Positions 1 through 15,220 of a DNA stretch of 64,000 nucleotides are shown one piece after another. A model generated the notes under the pieces. That model made no database searches. It saw only the letters and a program-made list of their open reading frames with translations, and was not told the origin of the DNA. The first letter of the stretch is position 1. Every line of letters starts with the position of its first letter. The position numbers and the translations under genes are program-made. This DNA is from Eledone cirrhosa (lineage: Eukaryota), in the NCBI GenBank assembly GCA_964016885.1, contig OZ024748.1:4836001-4900000 (forward strand), written 5' to 3'.

Positions 1-69
1 TAGTAGTAGTAGTAGTGGTGATGGTGGTGGTGGTGGTAGTAGTGGTAGTGGTAGTAGTAGTAGTAGTAC

Positions 70-111
<42 letters not shown>

Positions 112-118
112 AAGAAGA
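1..118. repeat. (TAG/TGG)n trinucleotide microsatellite
   Basis: Visible directly in the sequence. Confidence 0.95.
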
Positions 119-871
119 TTGATGCGCAAGTGACATTTCCATTGTCACTTATCGATCGAAACATTGAGAGCAATTTGGTAGACAGAACATTTTTGGAAGC
201 CCGATGGATGGACTCTACCTCCAATAGAAAACACATTCACACATATATGTGTACCTCTGTATAATATTAGTATTTGTCTGTGGCCCGAGGCCATACTAAC
301 ACCCCATAACAATGGTGTTACAAACCTCTTTATGTTGATGGATATTTTAATAAAATAATATTTTTTTCATATTTGAACTTCCGAAATAGCCTGCTCATGA
401 AATGCACGTGCATTGTGCTAAGCATTCCCTAGACCCGTGTAGCCCTTAGTCTCAGGAAGATTCAGCTTGAACATTTATTTTACAAGGCTAATCTTTTGTA
501 CTTGAGGTACAATTCTTTAGTACCAGTTTACTAGACAGGAATTACGTGAAATAAAATGTCTTACAGAAGCATGGAACGTGCCGCTAGGAATCGTACACAA
601 ATATTAAAATCGTGTACCGAACACCCTCACTACTACGCTCCCAACCACCCATGGCCGGATTAAAAGGGGGATGAAGGAAGCAATTTCCCCGAGGTTCCTG
701 CAATGGGGGTCCCATCAGCGACTGCGGTAGCAATTTACTTGTGTCCTCAGCTGGGCTTTTTAGTTCTCTGATGATTAAAACTTTTGAATTTAATATTTGT
801 ATCTATATCTTTTCAATTCCAATTACTTGCGTCAAGCTAACATTGATATGAAAAAAATTGGTGGGTTTGCT

Positions 872-1066
872 GAGTTGGATGGGCAATATCCGTAGAGGGT
901 CGGACACAATGCTTTGACGCATAGATTTACGGCCCTTGCCAGTCTGAGTTCAAATCCCGCCAAGATTAACTTTGCCTTTCATCCTTACGGGGTCGATAAA
1001 ACAAAGTACCAGTAATACACTGGTTAAATAATTGCTGGCCTTGTGCCTAAAGTAGAAACAATTATT
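872..1066 (+). mobile_element. tRNA-head SINE, family S1
   Basis: Head ...gtagagggtcggac, B-box-like gagttcaaatccc, conserved body gcctttcatccttacggggtcgataaaa.aaagtaccagt and tail gctggccttgtgcc.aaagtagaaacaattatt. The same layout recurs more than 20 times in the window. Confidence 0.85.
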
Positions 1067-1563
1067 TGTGAATGAGGAGCTGTAAATCTTTGGGTATGAG
1101 GGGCCCCCAAAAACTTGAAATAGCCCCCCCCCCCCCTGGTCTAAATCCCCACCACCACCACCACACGACCAACATCTCAACGCCTTCACAGCGTCGGTTT
1201 GATACCACTGTTTCTACATGAATTTCTTGTCCCATTGTCGGTTCATTTCAGATTTGAGTCACTATGATGTCCAACCGTTCTTTGATTGTGTTAGATATAA
1301 GTTCTACATCAAAATCCCTCGTTATTTGAGGTGATATTGAAACCCTGTGCTATTGTAGGCTCAATACTACTCTGGGATCTTTCCCCTTCAACTGAACAAA
1401 GAGGAACCTTCGATATTATGTAGTAGGGCCCAGTTCAAGAATGTCATGTTAGTGTATATGTGTGTTCTACTGAGCGTATATGTTGTGTTTATATAGCAAT
1501 GTGTATGTGTTTAGGTGTGCTTCTGTTCACATGTATCTATCAGTTTATGTATGTGTATAAATA

Positions 1564-1667
1564 AATATATATATATATATATATATATGAATGTGTGTGT
1601 GTGTGTGTGTGTGTGTTTATGTATATATGTGTGTGTCTGTATATATATATATTATATATATGTGTGA

Positions 1668-1716
<49 letters not shown>

Positions 1717-1792
1717 TGTGTGTGTGTGTGTTTATGTATATATGTGTGTGTGTCTGTATATATATATTATATATATATATGTGTGTGTGTGA

Positions 1793-1879
<87 letters not shown>

Positions 1880-1943
1880 TGAGTGTGTGTTTATGTATAT
1901 ATGTGTGTGTCGGTATATATATATATATTATATATATGTGTGA

Positions 1944-1977
<34 letters not shown>

Positions 1978-1993
1978 GAATGTGTGTGTGTGA

Positions 1994-2037
<44 letters not shown>

Positions 2038-2506
2038 GTGTGTGTGTGTGTATGTGTGTGTGTGTGTGTGTATTTCTATAAAAGCATGACTTTATTCTAA
2101 ATGTGTGTATATATGTGTATCTGGTTACGTATGCATATGTATGGGTACGTATGTAAATGTATACGCGTAGGTTCGTGTTTGTTTCTACTGTGTGTATATG
2201 TTTGCGTGTTCATATGTATGTATGTATGTAAGTTTATGTATGAGTCTATACAGACATGTATGATGTATATGTGTGTATTTTTGTATGTGTTTGTGTATGT
2301 GTGTGTGTGCGTATGTATTTGCGTCTGTGTTTGTGTCTGTATGTGTTTATGCCTGTGTGTATTTGTGTCTGTATGTGTTTATGCCTGTGTGTGTTTGTGT
2401 TTGTATGTGTTTATGCCTGTGTGTGTTTGTGTCTGTATGTGTTTATGCCTGTGTGTGTTTGTGTCTGTACGTGTTTATGCATGTGTGTGTTTGTGTCTGC
2501 GCATGT

Positions 2507-2537
<31 letters not shown>

Positions 2538-2568
2538 AGTGTGTATGTGTGTGTGTGTGTGTGTGTAT
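1564..2568. repeat. Compound (TA)n/(TG)n microsatellite with a ~28-bp minisatellite (gtgtttgtgtctgtatgtgtttatgcct) near 2320-2500
   Basis: Visible directly in the sequence. Confidence 0.9.
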
Positions 2569-2727
2569 GACACAGCGAAAGACAAAGAGGAAACTTGAAG
2601 CATCTTTTAAAAGCAGAACATCAACAAAGGAGTATAAGTTATAATGGGATAGTCTCCGGTAGACTTTTCACCTCTAACCCCCATAAATCCAGATAGCTCT
2701 GTCACTGCTTTTGACATCTCCCCGCCA

Positions 2728-3933
2728 TTACTACCATCACTAACACTACCACCTCCTACCACTACCACTAACACCTACCACCACCACCAACACTACCACT
2801 AATAACATCACTACCACTTACACCATCACTACCACTACCACTAACACCTCCTACCACAATCATTACCACTAATACCTCCTGCCACCATCGCTAACACTAC
2901 CACTGACACCTCTTACCACTACCACTACCACTAACACTATCACTTACACCGTCACTACCATTTACAACTACTACCAACACTACCATTAACAAAATCAAAA
3001 TCACTAAAACCACCACCACTACCACTTCCTACCACCATCACAAACACTACCACTACCACTACCACCATCACTAACACTAACACTACCACTACCACTACCA
3101 CTAACACTACCACCATCACTAACACTACCACTACCACCATCACTAACACTACCACTACCACTAATACTACCACTACCACTAACACTACCACTACCACTAT
3201 CACTAACACTACCACCATCACAAAAACTACCACTACCACTACCACTAACACTACCACCATCACAAAAACTACCACTACCACCATCACAAAAACTACCACT
3301 ACCACCATCACAAACACTACCACCATCACTACCATCAACATCACTACCATTAACACTACCACTGCCTACCACCATCTCTACCATCACCATCGCTACCAAC
3401 ACCATCACCACCACTACCACTACCACTACCACCTACTAACACCATCATTACCACCACCTCCCTCAACCTCTACCACCCCACAGCACCTTCACTAGTACTA
3501 ACACCTACTGCCACCACAACTATCACCACCACCAGCAACAACTCCACATATACACTCCACCAATATCACCTCCATCACTACCATTCCACGACCATATACC
3601 AATACCCCCAACACCACCACCACCATAACAACCATACAATACCCCCACCACAATCACCACCACCACTACCACCACGACCATCACCACCACCACCACCACC
3701 ACCACCACCACCACCACCACCACCACCACCACCACCACCACTACCACCACCACCACCACCACCACCACCACCACCACCACCACAATACCCCCACCACAAT
3801 CACCACCACCCCCACCACCACCACCAACTCCACCACCACCACCACTACCACCCCCACCACAATACCCCCACCACAATCACCACCACCACCACCACCACTA
3901 CCACCACCACCACAATCACCACCACCACCATCC
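2728..3933. repeat. (CAC/ACT)n low-complexity trinucleotide array with higher-order units
   Basis: Visible directly; it accounts for the poly-V and poly-G ORFs. Confidence 0.9.
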
Positions 3934-4325
3934 ATGTTACGTCTCTCCTTTTATTCCTATTACTTCTACCAACTACACAACTCTCACCTCTGCGTTTCTC
4001 TCCATCACTTCTCCAACTCAACCTTAACCCTCCGGTTTCTTCACACGGTTGTAAACACAACATAAACTCACACTTCTCTTCCTCTCCCCCTCTTCCTCCT
4101 TCTCCAATACATCTTTTATCTCCGCCTCTTCCTCGTTCTTTCCTTCTACATCACTTAAACCCCACCTCCGCCTTCTTCAAAACAGTCGAATCACTCTCAC
4201 AGCCTCACCTCACCAACACAAACTTACAAATACTCACTTTTCCACTTTTCTTTTTACCTTTATTTTCCAGCAACAACAACAACTACTACTACTACTACTA
4301 CTATTACTACTACTACTACTACTAT

Positions 4326-4359
<34 letters not shown>

Positions 4360-4434
4360 AAAAAAAATCAACCATAACCATGTATAGTTGTGCTACCTCA
4401 GCTCTAAAATTTTATTCAACTCATACCGATGCAA

Positions 4435-4533
<99 letters not shown>

Positions 4534-4902
4534 ACAAAATAAATATATATATATATGCGCATATTTAAAAAAAAACGAAGGTGATTTCGTGGATTCGACA
4601 ATTAAAGTTTTTTGGGAGAATCAGAAATAAATATTTAACTCAATATTCTTGCATATATTTCATGTGATAGAGTGTGCAATTTACTCTTCACTTTACACTT
4701 CTGGTCAATATCCATTAAGGCGAATTACTCTCCATATATACATCATGTTTATATGCCAACACAGGAGCAAGAATGACGAGGTCATTCTATGCACATGACT
4801 TAAGAGGCTGTTTGCATAAATGCAAACGAATGTTCGAAAAACTCAGATTTACATTTTTTGTATTTAGCTGAATATCTATCTATCTATATATCTGTTCATA
4901 TC

Positions 4903-5018
4903 CAGCTGTCGAAACGGTCGGAGCTGAGCCCTCGGGTCCTGTTACCCACTCTACTACCCCAAGTATCGAGTACTCTGGTGCGTTATGGTCCACCTGTTTC
5001 CTTACCACACTTTCTTTG

Positions 5019-5020
<2 letters not shown>
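4903..5020 (+). mobile_element. Family D element (half-hammerhead plus conserved tail), single arm
   Basis: agctgtcGAAACggtcggagctgagcc..., then tail cactctactaccccaagtatcgagtactctggtgcgttatggtccacctg, ending in (TA)n. The tail matches those at 42350, 51550 and 61240. Confidence 0.75.
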
Positions 5021-5074
<54 letters not shown>

Positions 5075-5197
5075 CAATATTTGGAAAGAAACTTTTGAGA
5101 GTCAAATCAGTTGCAATGTCTGAATAGTTTGAAAGCTCGAACGCAAGAAATAAGTATGGACATATTTTAGAAATTCGGGTAAAATACCCCTATATTA

Positions 5198-5237
<40 letters not shown>

Positions 5238-5429
5238 ATTATCTCCGATAACACACACACTCGACATATAGGATAATCACTTCTCGTTATCATCATTATC
5301 ATCACATATTTATCGTTAATACTAACAAAACCAACATCTACATTAGCAGCAGGAGCTGTAGTATTATTATCATACATCATCATCATCATCATCTGAATTA
5401 TCATCATCAGCAACATCAATATCATGACT

Positions 5430-5463
<34 letters not shown>

Positions 5464-5698
5464 CTATCACAATTAGAGGCAACAGTACCAGAAAAAGCTG
5501 CAACTCTAGCACAGTGATCGCCCCCCCCCCTGCTCCCCCCTCAGTATCAACATCACCATCACCCTCACAATCACCATCATCATTGTCATCAGCATCTACA
5601 CCGTAAAGAAGATCCATTTTCGACATCGAAATGATGAAGTTTCACTTAAAACCTGGCATTGACATTAACAGAGCGTATTTCGGTTCATTTTGGAAATC

Positions 5699-5749
<51 letters not shown>

Positions 5750-5790
5750 ATATAAATGTACATACAGATACATACATAACACACAAACAT

Positions 5791-5826
<36 letters not shown>

Positions 5827-7117
5827 TATGTATATATAGAGAGAGATAGGTAGATAGATAAATCTTTCCCCACCTCCTGCTATCCTTTGCTTCCTTCCGC
5901 CCACCCATCCATGCCTCTGTTTCTTTGCTTTCCTCTTTCCATCCCTACCTCCCTCCTTCCTACTATCTATGTATCATCTTCCTTCCTGCATATTATTATT
6001 AATGGAAAGTGTTGGTCAGAGGAATTCTGTCTGTGATTTATGGAATAACTTGTGGGTGTCTGACATTAGAATATGATACCTTAAAGGTCGAATGGTTTGA
6101 TGTTCCATCAGAGAACAATTTCTATCTATATAGAATACACAGAATATAGAGAATATACTGGCTATATGGAATATATATTGTACCTACTCTACACTTTACA
6201 CTCTAGCCAGAGTTTTCCATTGGCCAGTGGTGTTTCACTAAACCATGAACAGGGTGAGTGATGTATTTTGTGACGTTTGGGATAGTGATGATATTTGTAG
6301 TGATACTGCAGCGCTATTGCTGGTGTTGGTATTTGAGTTGTTGTACTGTTGGCGGTGAAGCTGTGTTTTTATTAGTGTTGGTGGTGGTGGTTGTGGTGGT
6401 TGTGGTGGTGGTTGTGGTGATATTAGTGGTAAAGCTGTGTTGTTATTGGTGTTGTTGGTGGTGGGTGGTGGTGATGGAGGTATTATTGGTGATGCTGTGT
6501 TGTTATTGGTGTTGTTGGTGGTGGTGGTGGTGATGGTGGTGGTATTATTGGTGATGCTGTGTTGTTATTGGTAATGGTGGTGGAGGTAATGGTGATGTCG
6601 TCGGTGATGGTGTGTTGTTGTTGGTAATGGTGGTGGCGATTGTGAGGATGTTGTTGGTAAGGATGGTTGGGGTGTTGTTCGTGTGTTTATTGGTGGTGTT
6701 AGTGGCGATGGTGTGTTGTTAAGGCAGAAGTTTTATAACACTGACCAGATCAATCACAATCGGAGAAAATTTTGGATGGGGTCGAACTTTGGTCAATATA
6801 TATACACATACACATACATATATATATACACATATATACATACACACTTATATACATACATACATATATATTTATATATATACATATATATACACACACA
6901 CACACACACATATATATACACACATACAGATATATGTATATATACAGATGGGAAACAGAATATCGGAATACTCAATATATTTTAGTAGATTATATTTATC
7001 AATATGAATGTTCAAAGTTTATGATTTCCATAAAGACTCCTCGGGTTTGTTCACCAGTCTTCTTGTTCAGAAATATCACAGAAATATACACCACATTACA
7101 TCTCGTCGTCTTCAGAT

Positions 7118-7282
7118 AATATTTGTTTCTACTTTTGGCACAAGGCCAGCAACTAACCAGTGCATTACTGGTACTTTATTTTATCGATCCCGTAAGGATG
7201 AAAGGCAAAGTTAACCTCGGCAGGATTTGAACTCAGAATGGCAAGGGCCGTAACTCTTTGCTGCAAAGCATGGCGCCCGACC
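7118..7282 (-). mobile_element. SINE family S1
   Basis: Reverse complement of the S1 consensus: ggtactttattttatcga, ggatttgaactcag, ccgaccctctaccgatactgccaat. Confidence 0.85.
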
Positions 7283-7429
7283 CTCTACCGATACTGCCAA
7301 TAAGATAAAAAAGGAGAACAATTTGGACCATTTAGGGTTACGTATACAAATACTATAGGCTGGTCACAGATGAAATGTTCTCTCTGGACAAGTTGTATAC
7401 AAGCTTAGATAGAGAAGCCCATGTGTGAT

Positions 7430-7510
7430 GGTCACAAATGGAACGTCTTTGATTGTTGGTCTACTTGAACAGGGTTGGCCTGGGGACAAGAAACAGTCAC
7501 AACATTTACC
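7430..7510 (+). mobile_element. SINE family S2 3' remnant (…tttgatcatag…gctgacctgg…(AAC)n type)
   Basis: Similar to diverged copies at 8660-8740, 8985-9040 and 53770-53840. Confidence 0.4.
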
Positions 7511-8118
7511 CTCAGCAATAACAACAAAATGCCTCATATTTTTTGTTTGAGAAATGTAGTAAATTCTACGACATTCACTAAGGATTTTTATTTTAAGACC
7601 ATGGACAAGAATTTGTGCGGAAAGGATAGTCGCTTATACCGACCCCACTTCTTTAATGGTACTTTATTTTATCGTTATCAAAGGGATGAATGGCAAAGAT
7701 GACCTAGGTGGGGTTTAATCTAAGATCGTAAAGAGTTGGAATATAAGATACTGGTATGCGGCATTCATTGTTAAAACGTATTAAACAAAATGATATTCAC
7801 AAACTTAACCACTTAACCACACAGAACTGTACAGAGAAGGGTAACTAACTTCTAACTTAACCTCATAAATAACGTAATCAATGCAACCTGAAGCGAGATC
7901 CCATGAGAATCTACAAAAATTTAACTTCTGGGAAACAGGAAGTTTCTTGTGTTCGAGTCTAAGAGGAAATTGTAACCAGTGTTTCATCACCCAAAGAACA
8001 CATTTATTAAAACATGACTTTCCTCTAAGATCTTTAGAACATTAATCCGTACTTTCTTTCTCAGGGGACATGCCTAGTGTCCTGATGAGCTCATTGTCAA
8101 ACACACACACACACATAC

Positions 8119-8233
<115 letters not shown>

Positions 8234-8659
8234 TGTATGTATGTATGTATGTATGTATGTGTGTATGTATGTATGTATGTATGTGTGTGTATATATATAT
8301 ATATATATCTTTATATATATATAATACGAGACTCAATTTCTGCATATGGTACAAACAATAGATATGGTTTTAGATTTAATGTCGTTTCTCTGTATACTTT
8401 GGTACTAACCGGAACTGATGTTGACATCTCTAGTCGTCACCTCATTTGTACGAATCAACGACTGAGAGAGAGAGAGTGAGAAACAGCCAGAAAGACAGAA
8501 AGAGATAGATAGACAGAGAGAGAAGAGAGCTTCTACAAAGTCGTACGAGGTGATAACAAGAGAGAAACTAATATCTCTCTTCATCATCTCTCTCTCTCAA
8601 ATTAAGCTCCACCGTTCTAAGGAAGGCAACCATTGGCCAACGTACTTTCTGAATATCCA

Positions 8660-9045
8660 AACAGACTGGTTGATCCCAACTCGAAAGTCTTTGATCATAG
8701 ATATTGTTCAAACTGGGCTGACCTGGCATTTCAATAACGACAACAACTACTACAAAAATTATGACTACTACAACAACTACAACAACTACAACAACAAATA
8801 CGACTACAACTATAGCTACCACGACAATGATTACAACAACAACTGCAACAGCCTGAACTACAACAAAAATTACAAGTACAATAACAGCGATGCCAACGGC
8901 TACAACAATAAGAAAAATTACAACAACAATTGCCACAACTACAACAACAACTATACTTGGCGCTATTCTAAATATACACAACAGAAAAGTCTTTGATCAT
9001 AAGTCTGCTCAATTTGGACTGAGTGAGGCGAAGCAACAACAGCCA
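8660..9045 (+). mobile_element. SINE family S2 remnants with an expanded (AAC/TAC)n tail
   Basis: gaaagtctttgatcatag...gggctgacctgg is followed by an AAC-rich array; a second aaagtctttgatcataagtctgctc starts near 8986. Confidence 0.45.
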
Positions 9046-9594
9046 ATACAACTACTACACCCGACCCCTACAGTAGTTATATACAACAGATAAGGCCTTA
9101 GATAAGATGCATGTTTCTCAGTACATTTCTCTAGCCGATCCCCATCCCCCGCGGGCCAGCTGTTGACACTTTAACTTATCATCTCATTTGTAGTAGTGTT
9201 TACAGCTTCGTCCTCGTTTTTGTCGGACATCCATCATACCCATCTGACCAACTGCCATCTCCCCATTAGATCACCACTTCTTGTATAGTAATGAAGGGAA
9301 CCATGTGAAAGGACTCTTCATGTGGTCGATGACACTTCTAGAAATGTCAGCCAAATCTTTATTAAAGCATACCATACCATCTTAGAAAGGGAAAGGAAGG
9401 AGATATTCGAGAAGGTTCTCCAAGGTAGTGCTAAACGTACGGTATTCTTATAACAGCAACACCTTAGATTCGTTAGAACGTTGGACGAAGTTTACGATAT
9501 TTTCTCCGACTTTTTACGTTCTTATTTCAAACCCTACTGAGATTAAGCTCGTCTTTTACCCTCTTGGAGGTCTATAAAATAAGGATTACTACTA

Positions 9595-9720
9595 TAGGCA
9601 CATGGTGAGCAATTTGAAGGAGAAGGGAAGTCGACTAAATCGATCCCAGTGTATTACTAGTACTTTATTTTATCGACCCCGTAACGATGAAAGGCAAAGC
9701 TAACCTCGGTGGGATTTGAG
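9595..9720 (-). mobile_element. SINE family S1, partial
   Basis: tactttattttatcgaccccgtaacgatgaaaggcaaagctaacctcgg. Confidence 0.8.
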
Positions 9721-9797
9721 ATGAATAAAACAATGTACCAATCAAGTATTATCGTCGATTTCATTGCTTTCCCCAACACAAACAATGATTGGTATTG

Positions 9798-9832
<35 letters not shown>

Positions 9833-9962
9833 TGCTTTGACGAATACAGTTACGGCCCTTGCCATTCTGAGTTCAAATCCCGCCGAGGTTAACTTAGCCT
9901 TTCATCCTTACGGGGTCGATAAAATAAAGTACCAGTAATGCCAAAAGTAGAAACAATTATAT
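9833..9962 (+). mobile_element. SINE family S1, partial
   Basis: gagttcaaatcccgccgaggttaacttagcctttcatccttacggggtcgataaaataaagtacc. Confidence 0.85.
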
Positions 9963-10498
9963 TGCTGAGTGTCTGCATAAGTTCCTTTTCATTTTTTTTT
10001 TTGTTACATTTCTTTTACTTTAAAATCTGTTTTAGAAACGGGAGAGAAGTGCGATGATGTCTGCCGAGGAAATCTGAAGATAGTCGCAGAGTTTAGTAAT
10101 GCATGTTGAAAAGATAAGACATGCTACAGACCATTACCTTAAACTATCCTTTCTGATTCTATTTTAATACATTGTGTGCCTTCTAATAGTAGAGAGATGT
10201 GTGTGTATATTTGAGAAAACCTTGCCGTGTGTCTGTCGTGCCTGCGAGTCTATCTATGTGTGTGTCAGTATGTCTGTGCGTGCCTACGAGTGTGTGTATA
10301 TGTGTGTGTCAGTCCTACTGTGTGTTTATTGTGGGTGTATTTGTGTGAAATGTGCCAAAGCCAAGATTTCCATGGTTTCTTCTAATGATCAGTGCCATGT
10401 CATTCATTCTGTTTTTCTATTTACCATTATTCTTCGCCTTGTTTCACTTTTTGGTTACAGACAGACAGACAGACACACACATACACACTCTCACCACG

Positions 10499-11785
<1,287 letters not shown>

Positions 11786-12091
11786 CGTGGTTACTAACAA
11801 TTACTGTATATCTTCAGAATCTCTATAACATTAACGCCACTACATCCTCTGGGATGGATACTTACTACATTGCCAGAAAATAACTGGAGACCAGTCCACC
11901 ACCCACCCACACATACTCCTGCAAACACAAACACACACAGACACACACACACACACACTCACAGACTCATGGGAGAGAGAGATGGGGGAAAAAGAGAGAC
12001 AGGCAGGTAGATAGAGAGAGAGGGGGACACACAAAGAAGAAATTTATACTTTCACTTTCTTTCCTTCTGTCTCTCTCACATACTCTCTCTG

Positions 12092-12124
<33 letters not shown>

Positions 12125-12235
12125 GACCCCGACGGCAGAGCTCAAGCCGTTTCGACGTCTATTTCTGGACTAAAATTTTAGTCCAGAAATAGCCGTCGAA
12201 ACGGCTTGAGCTCTGCCGTCGGGGTCGTACTTTTT

Positions 12236-12238
<3 letters not shown>
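12125..12238. mobile_element. Family D palindromic element (51-bp arms, no loop, 1 mismatch) in (TA)n
   Basis: 12125-12175 is the reverse complement of 12176-12226. It contains GAAACggc..gccGTCggggtc and is flanked by TA tracts. Confidence 0.85.
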
Positions 12239-12289
<51 letters not shown>

Positions 12290-12466
12290 AGTGTGTGTGT
12301 GAAATAGTGTGTTTCTGTGCATGTGCATATGAGCACATTCGGTTGATGAAGTGTGTATACAGACTCACAGAGACACACCCTTACACATACACAGACACAC
12401 AGACACACGCATATATATATATATATATATAAACAAATATTGCACCAAGGAAAATATAGATGCCAG

Positions 12467-12880
12467 TGGATTGGCAATAATCGGTAGAGCTTCGGACACC
12501 ATGTTTTATAGCATAGGCTTTCGTCCCTTTACGACCTGAGTTCAAATCCTGCCGAGGTTTGCTTTACTTTTGATTCTTACGGGGTTGATAAAATAAAGTA
12601 CCAGTAATACACTGGGATCGATTTAATCGAATTTTCCCTTCTCCAAGATTGCTGGCCTTGTGATTGAATCACAAGCCATTATAATAATAATTATTATTAT
12701 CATCGGTAGAGGGTCGGACGCCATGCTTTCCAGCATAGTTACGTCCCTTTACGATCTGACTTCAAATCCGCCGGGGTTGACTTTGCCTTTCATCCTTACG
12801 GGGTCGATAAAATAAAGTACCAGTAATGCACTGGGATAATTGCTGGCCTTGTGCCAAAAGTAGAAACAGTTATTATTATC
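12467..12880 (+). mobile_element. Two tandem SINE S1 copies
   Basis: Two heads (ggattggcaataatcggtagag; atcggtagagggtcggacgcc), each followed by the conserved body. Confidence 0.85.
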
Positions 12881-14028
12881 ATTAATGCGACGCAACTCAG
12901 TTGTACGCTACCGAAGGTTTCAAAGCATAGCATTATCTTCAGGATGTCTCACACAGTGAACTGCCAATAGCAACCTTCGCTGAAATATCTTTTCCAGTGT
13001 GATTACACTCTTAGTAGTTGATGTTCAAACCTCGGTGTGAATGACCATGTCACGTGTTAGTATAGCAATTGAAAAAAACCAACGAAAGAGACTGTTGCAC
13101 ATCAGTAAATTTGCTGAAATATGAAAGTGGCGAGTACGGTCAGTGAACACAGCTGGGAGAAAGTACTTGGCCTTGGTACCAAGGGTCGGAATTTGAGAGG
13201 TTACCTGATTGACCCCAGGTGGTAGAACCCCACCGGGATGTTTTCCTATATACATACTAATGTTTTTGCAATTTATCCTTTTAATGTGCTCCATCCATCA
13301 GTAATTCAGATGTAGAAGGTGGTGGTGAGGGTGGAGGATGTGGTAGTGATGGTGGTGGTTATAGTGGTGCTGGTAGTAGTGGAGGTAGTGGTGCTGGTGA
13401 AAGTGGTGCTGGCGTAGTTGTGTTGGCGGTAGTGGTGGTGGTGGTGGTGGTCATTCTGCTGCTGGTATCAGTGGTGGTTCTGGTTGTAGTGGTACTGGTA
13501 ATTATGGTTGATGTTGACAAAAATGGTGATTGTAGTGGTGGTAGTGATGGTGGTGTTGGTGATATAGTTGATGATGATCTAGGTGGTGGTGGTGGTGGTG
13601 GTGGTGGTGGGGTGCTAGGTCTGATAACGATAATGGTGATGGATTTGGTGTTAATGGCGGTTGAGGTTTGATGGTATTTGTGGGGATATAGATGATGATA
13701 ATGATGATGAAGGACTAGAAGGAGAAGGAAGAGGAAGAGAAAACATTTGAAAAAGTATACACAACAACAACAACAACAGCAGGGGGAGCAACAGGAATAA
13801 CAACAACAACAACAGGGACACCAGCAATATATGGAGCTACAAAAAACAACAGAAGTAATGAGAACGATGTGTAAGTGTGTGTGTATTTGTATTAATATAT
13901 ATATATATCTTGTGTATAGGAAGTATATAGCAGTAGGTGTATGTGTATATATATATATATTTATATATGTAGAGGTTATATATATATTGTGTATCAAGAA
14001 GTATATAGACGTAAGTGTGTGTATGTAT

Positions 14029-14060
<32 letters not shown>

Positions 14061-14105
14061 TTAAACACAGACATATAGACTGATGTCCTATACACACACG
14101 CACGG

Positions 14106-14159
<54 letters not shown>

Positions 14160-14488
14160 TCTCTTATATATATATATATATATATATGTGAGTGTGTGTA
14201 AAGAGACAGTGTGTGTGTGTTTATGGGACATCAGTAAGTATGTGGAAGTATGTGGAGGTCGGTGTAGATGGGAGTAGAATGACAAATCGGATAAGAAAGA
14301 GAACAAGGTCGAAAGGTGTCGGTAAATTCTTTTGAAGTTTTATAGTCAGTGTCGGCTGATGGCAGTGGGAGCACAGGTGGTGGTGGTGGTGGCGGTAGCA
14401 GTGGTGGTGGTGGTGAGGCTACTACTACTATTACTACTACTACTACTACTACTACTACTGCTACTACTGCTACTACTACTACTACTAT

Positions 14489-14535
<47 letters not shown>

Positions 14536-15188
14536 CTGCTGGCTGGTCAACTGATCGTTTTGCTAAGAGAGCGGCTCTTGTGGACGAGACCTTTGAAGTA
14601 GTTGAAATTATTGCGGCAACACCACTGAGTAGGAAGGTCATAAATAACACTTCTGCTGTCTTCTGTTGTCTCTGTCTATCTCTTGTTGAATCTCTCAGCC
14701 TCTCCCTCTGCCGCAAACTCCATCTCCTTTTCTTCCCTTCCGTTATTGTATTTATCTTTCTATTTCTCACGATCAACATCTAATGGTCTCCAAAAGCCGC
14801 GATCACCACCGCCACCATCATAATTATAACTCACACCTTTATCCTCACCACCACCCCTTCTACATCCTCCTTCGCCACCCGCTTCTATTCTATCCATACA
14901 CTTCTGTATTTTCCCTCACTCAACTTTTATTGCTTGAGACACACAGACACACACACACATACTCCCCCCCCCTCCACACCCACACATATATATATATATA
15001 CACACACACACAATAATATTACAGAAACGATATCAATTAAATATTGTAATATATGTGACAAGTACAAACGTAATTAGAATATAAAAATGTTACATTACTT
15101 GTTATAGCTAAATTATATATGTATATATATATTATTCAAAATATTAATAAATGAAAAATATTCTCATAACCCAAATATATATATATTA

Positions 15189-15220
15189 CTAGCAGATCTA
15201 CCCGGCGTTGCTCGGGGTTT
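15189..15220 (-). mobile_element. Helitron-like 3' terminus
   Basis: The minus strand reads cccgagcaacgccggg (GC hairpin), 8 nt, then CTAG followed by T, which is the canonical Helitron 3' end layout. Confidence 0.6.

Noticed and set aside
765-795. CTGATGA as a hammerhead core
   Set aside because: There is no correctly placed GAAA or stems I and III.
5520-5665. Possible transmembrane-plus-tail terminal exon (IVISIYTVKKIHFRHRNDEVSLKTWH*)
   Set aside because: The hydrophobic part comes from (ATC)n-like repeats and there is no supporting splice or homology evidence.
8078-8105. CTGATGAgctc as a hammerhead core
   Set aside because: GAAA is absent (caaa) and the sequence runs into (CA)n.
8550-8996. 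148-aa Asn/Tyr-rich ORF
   Set aside because: It overlaps a SINE S2 remnant and its AAC-rich tail; no domain is recognisable.
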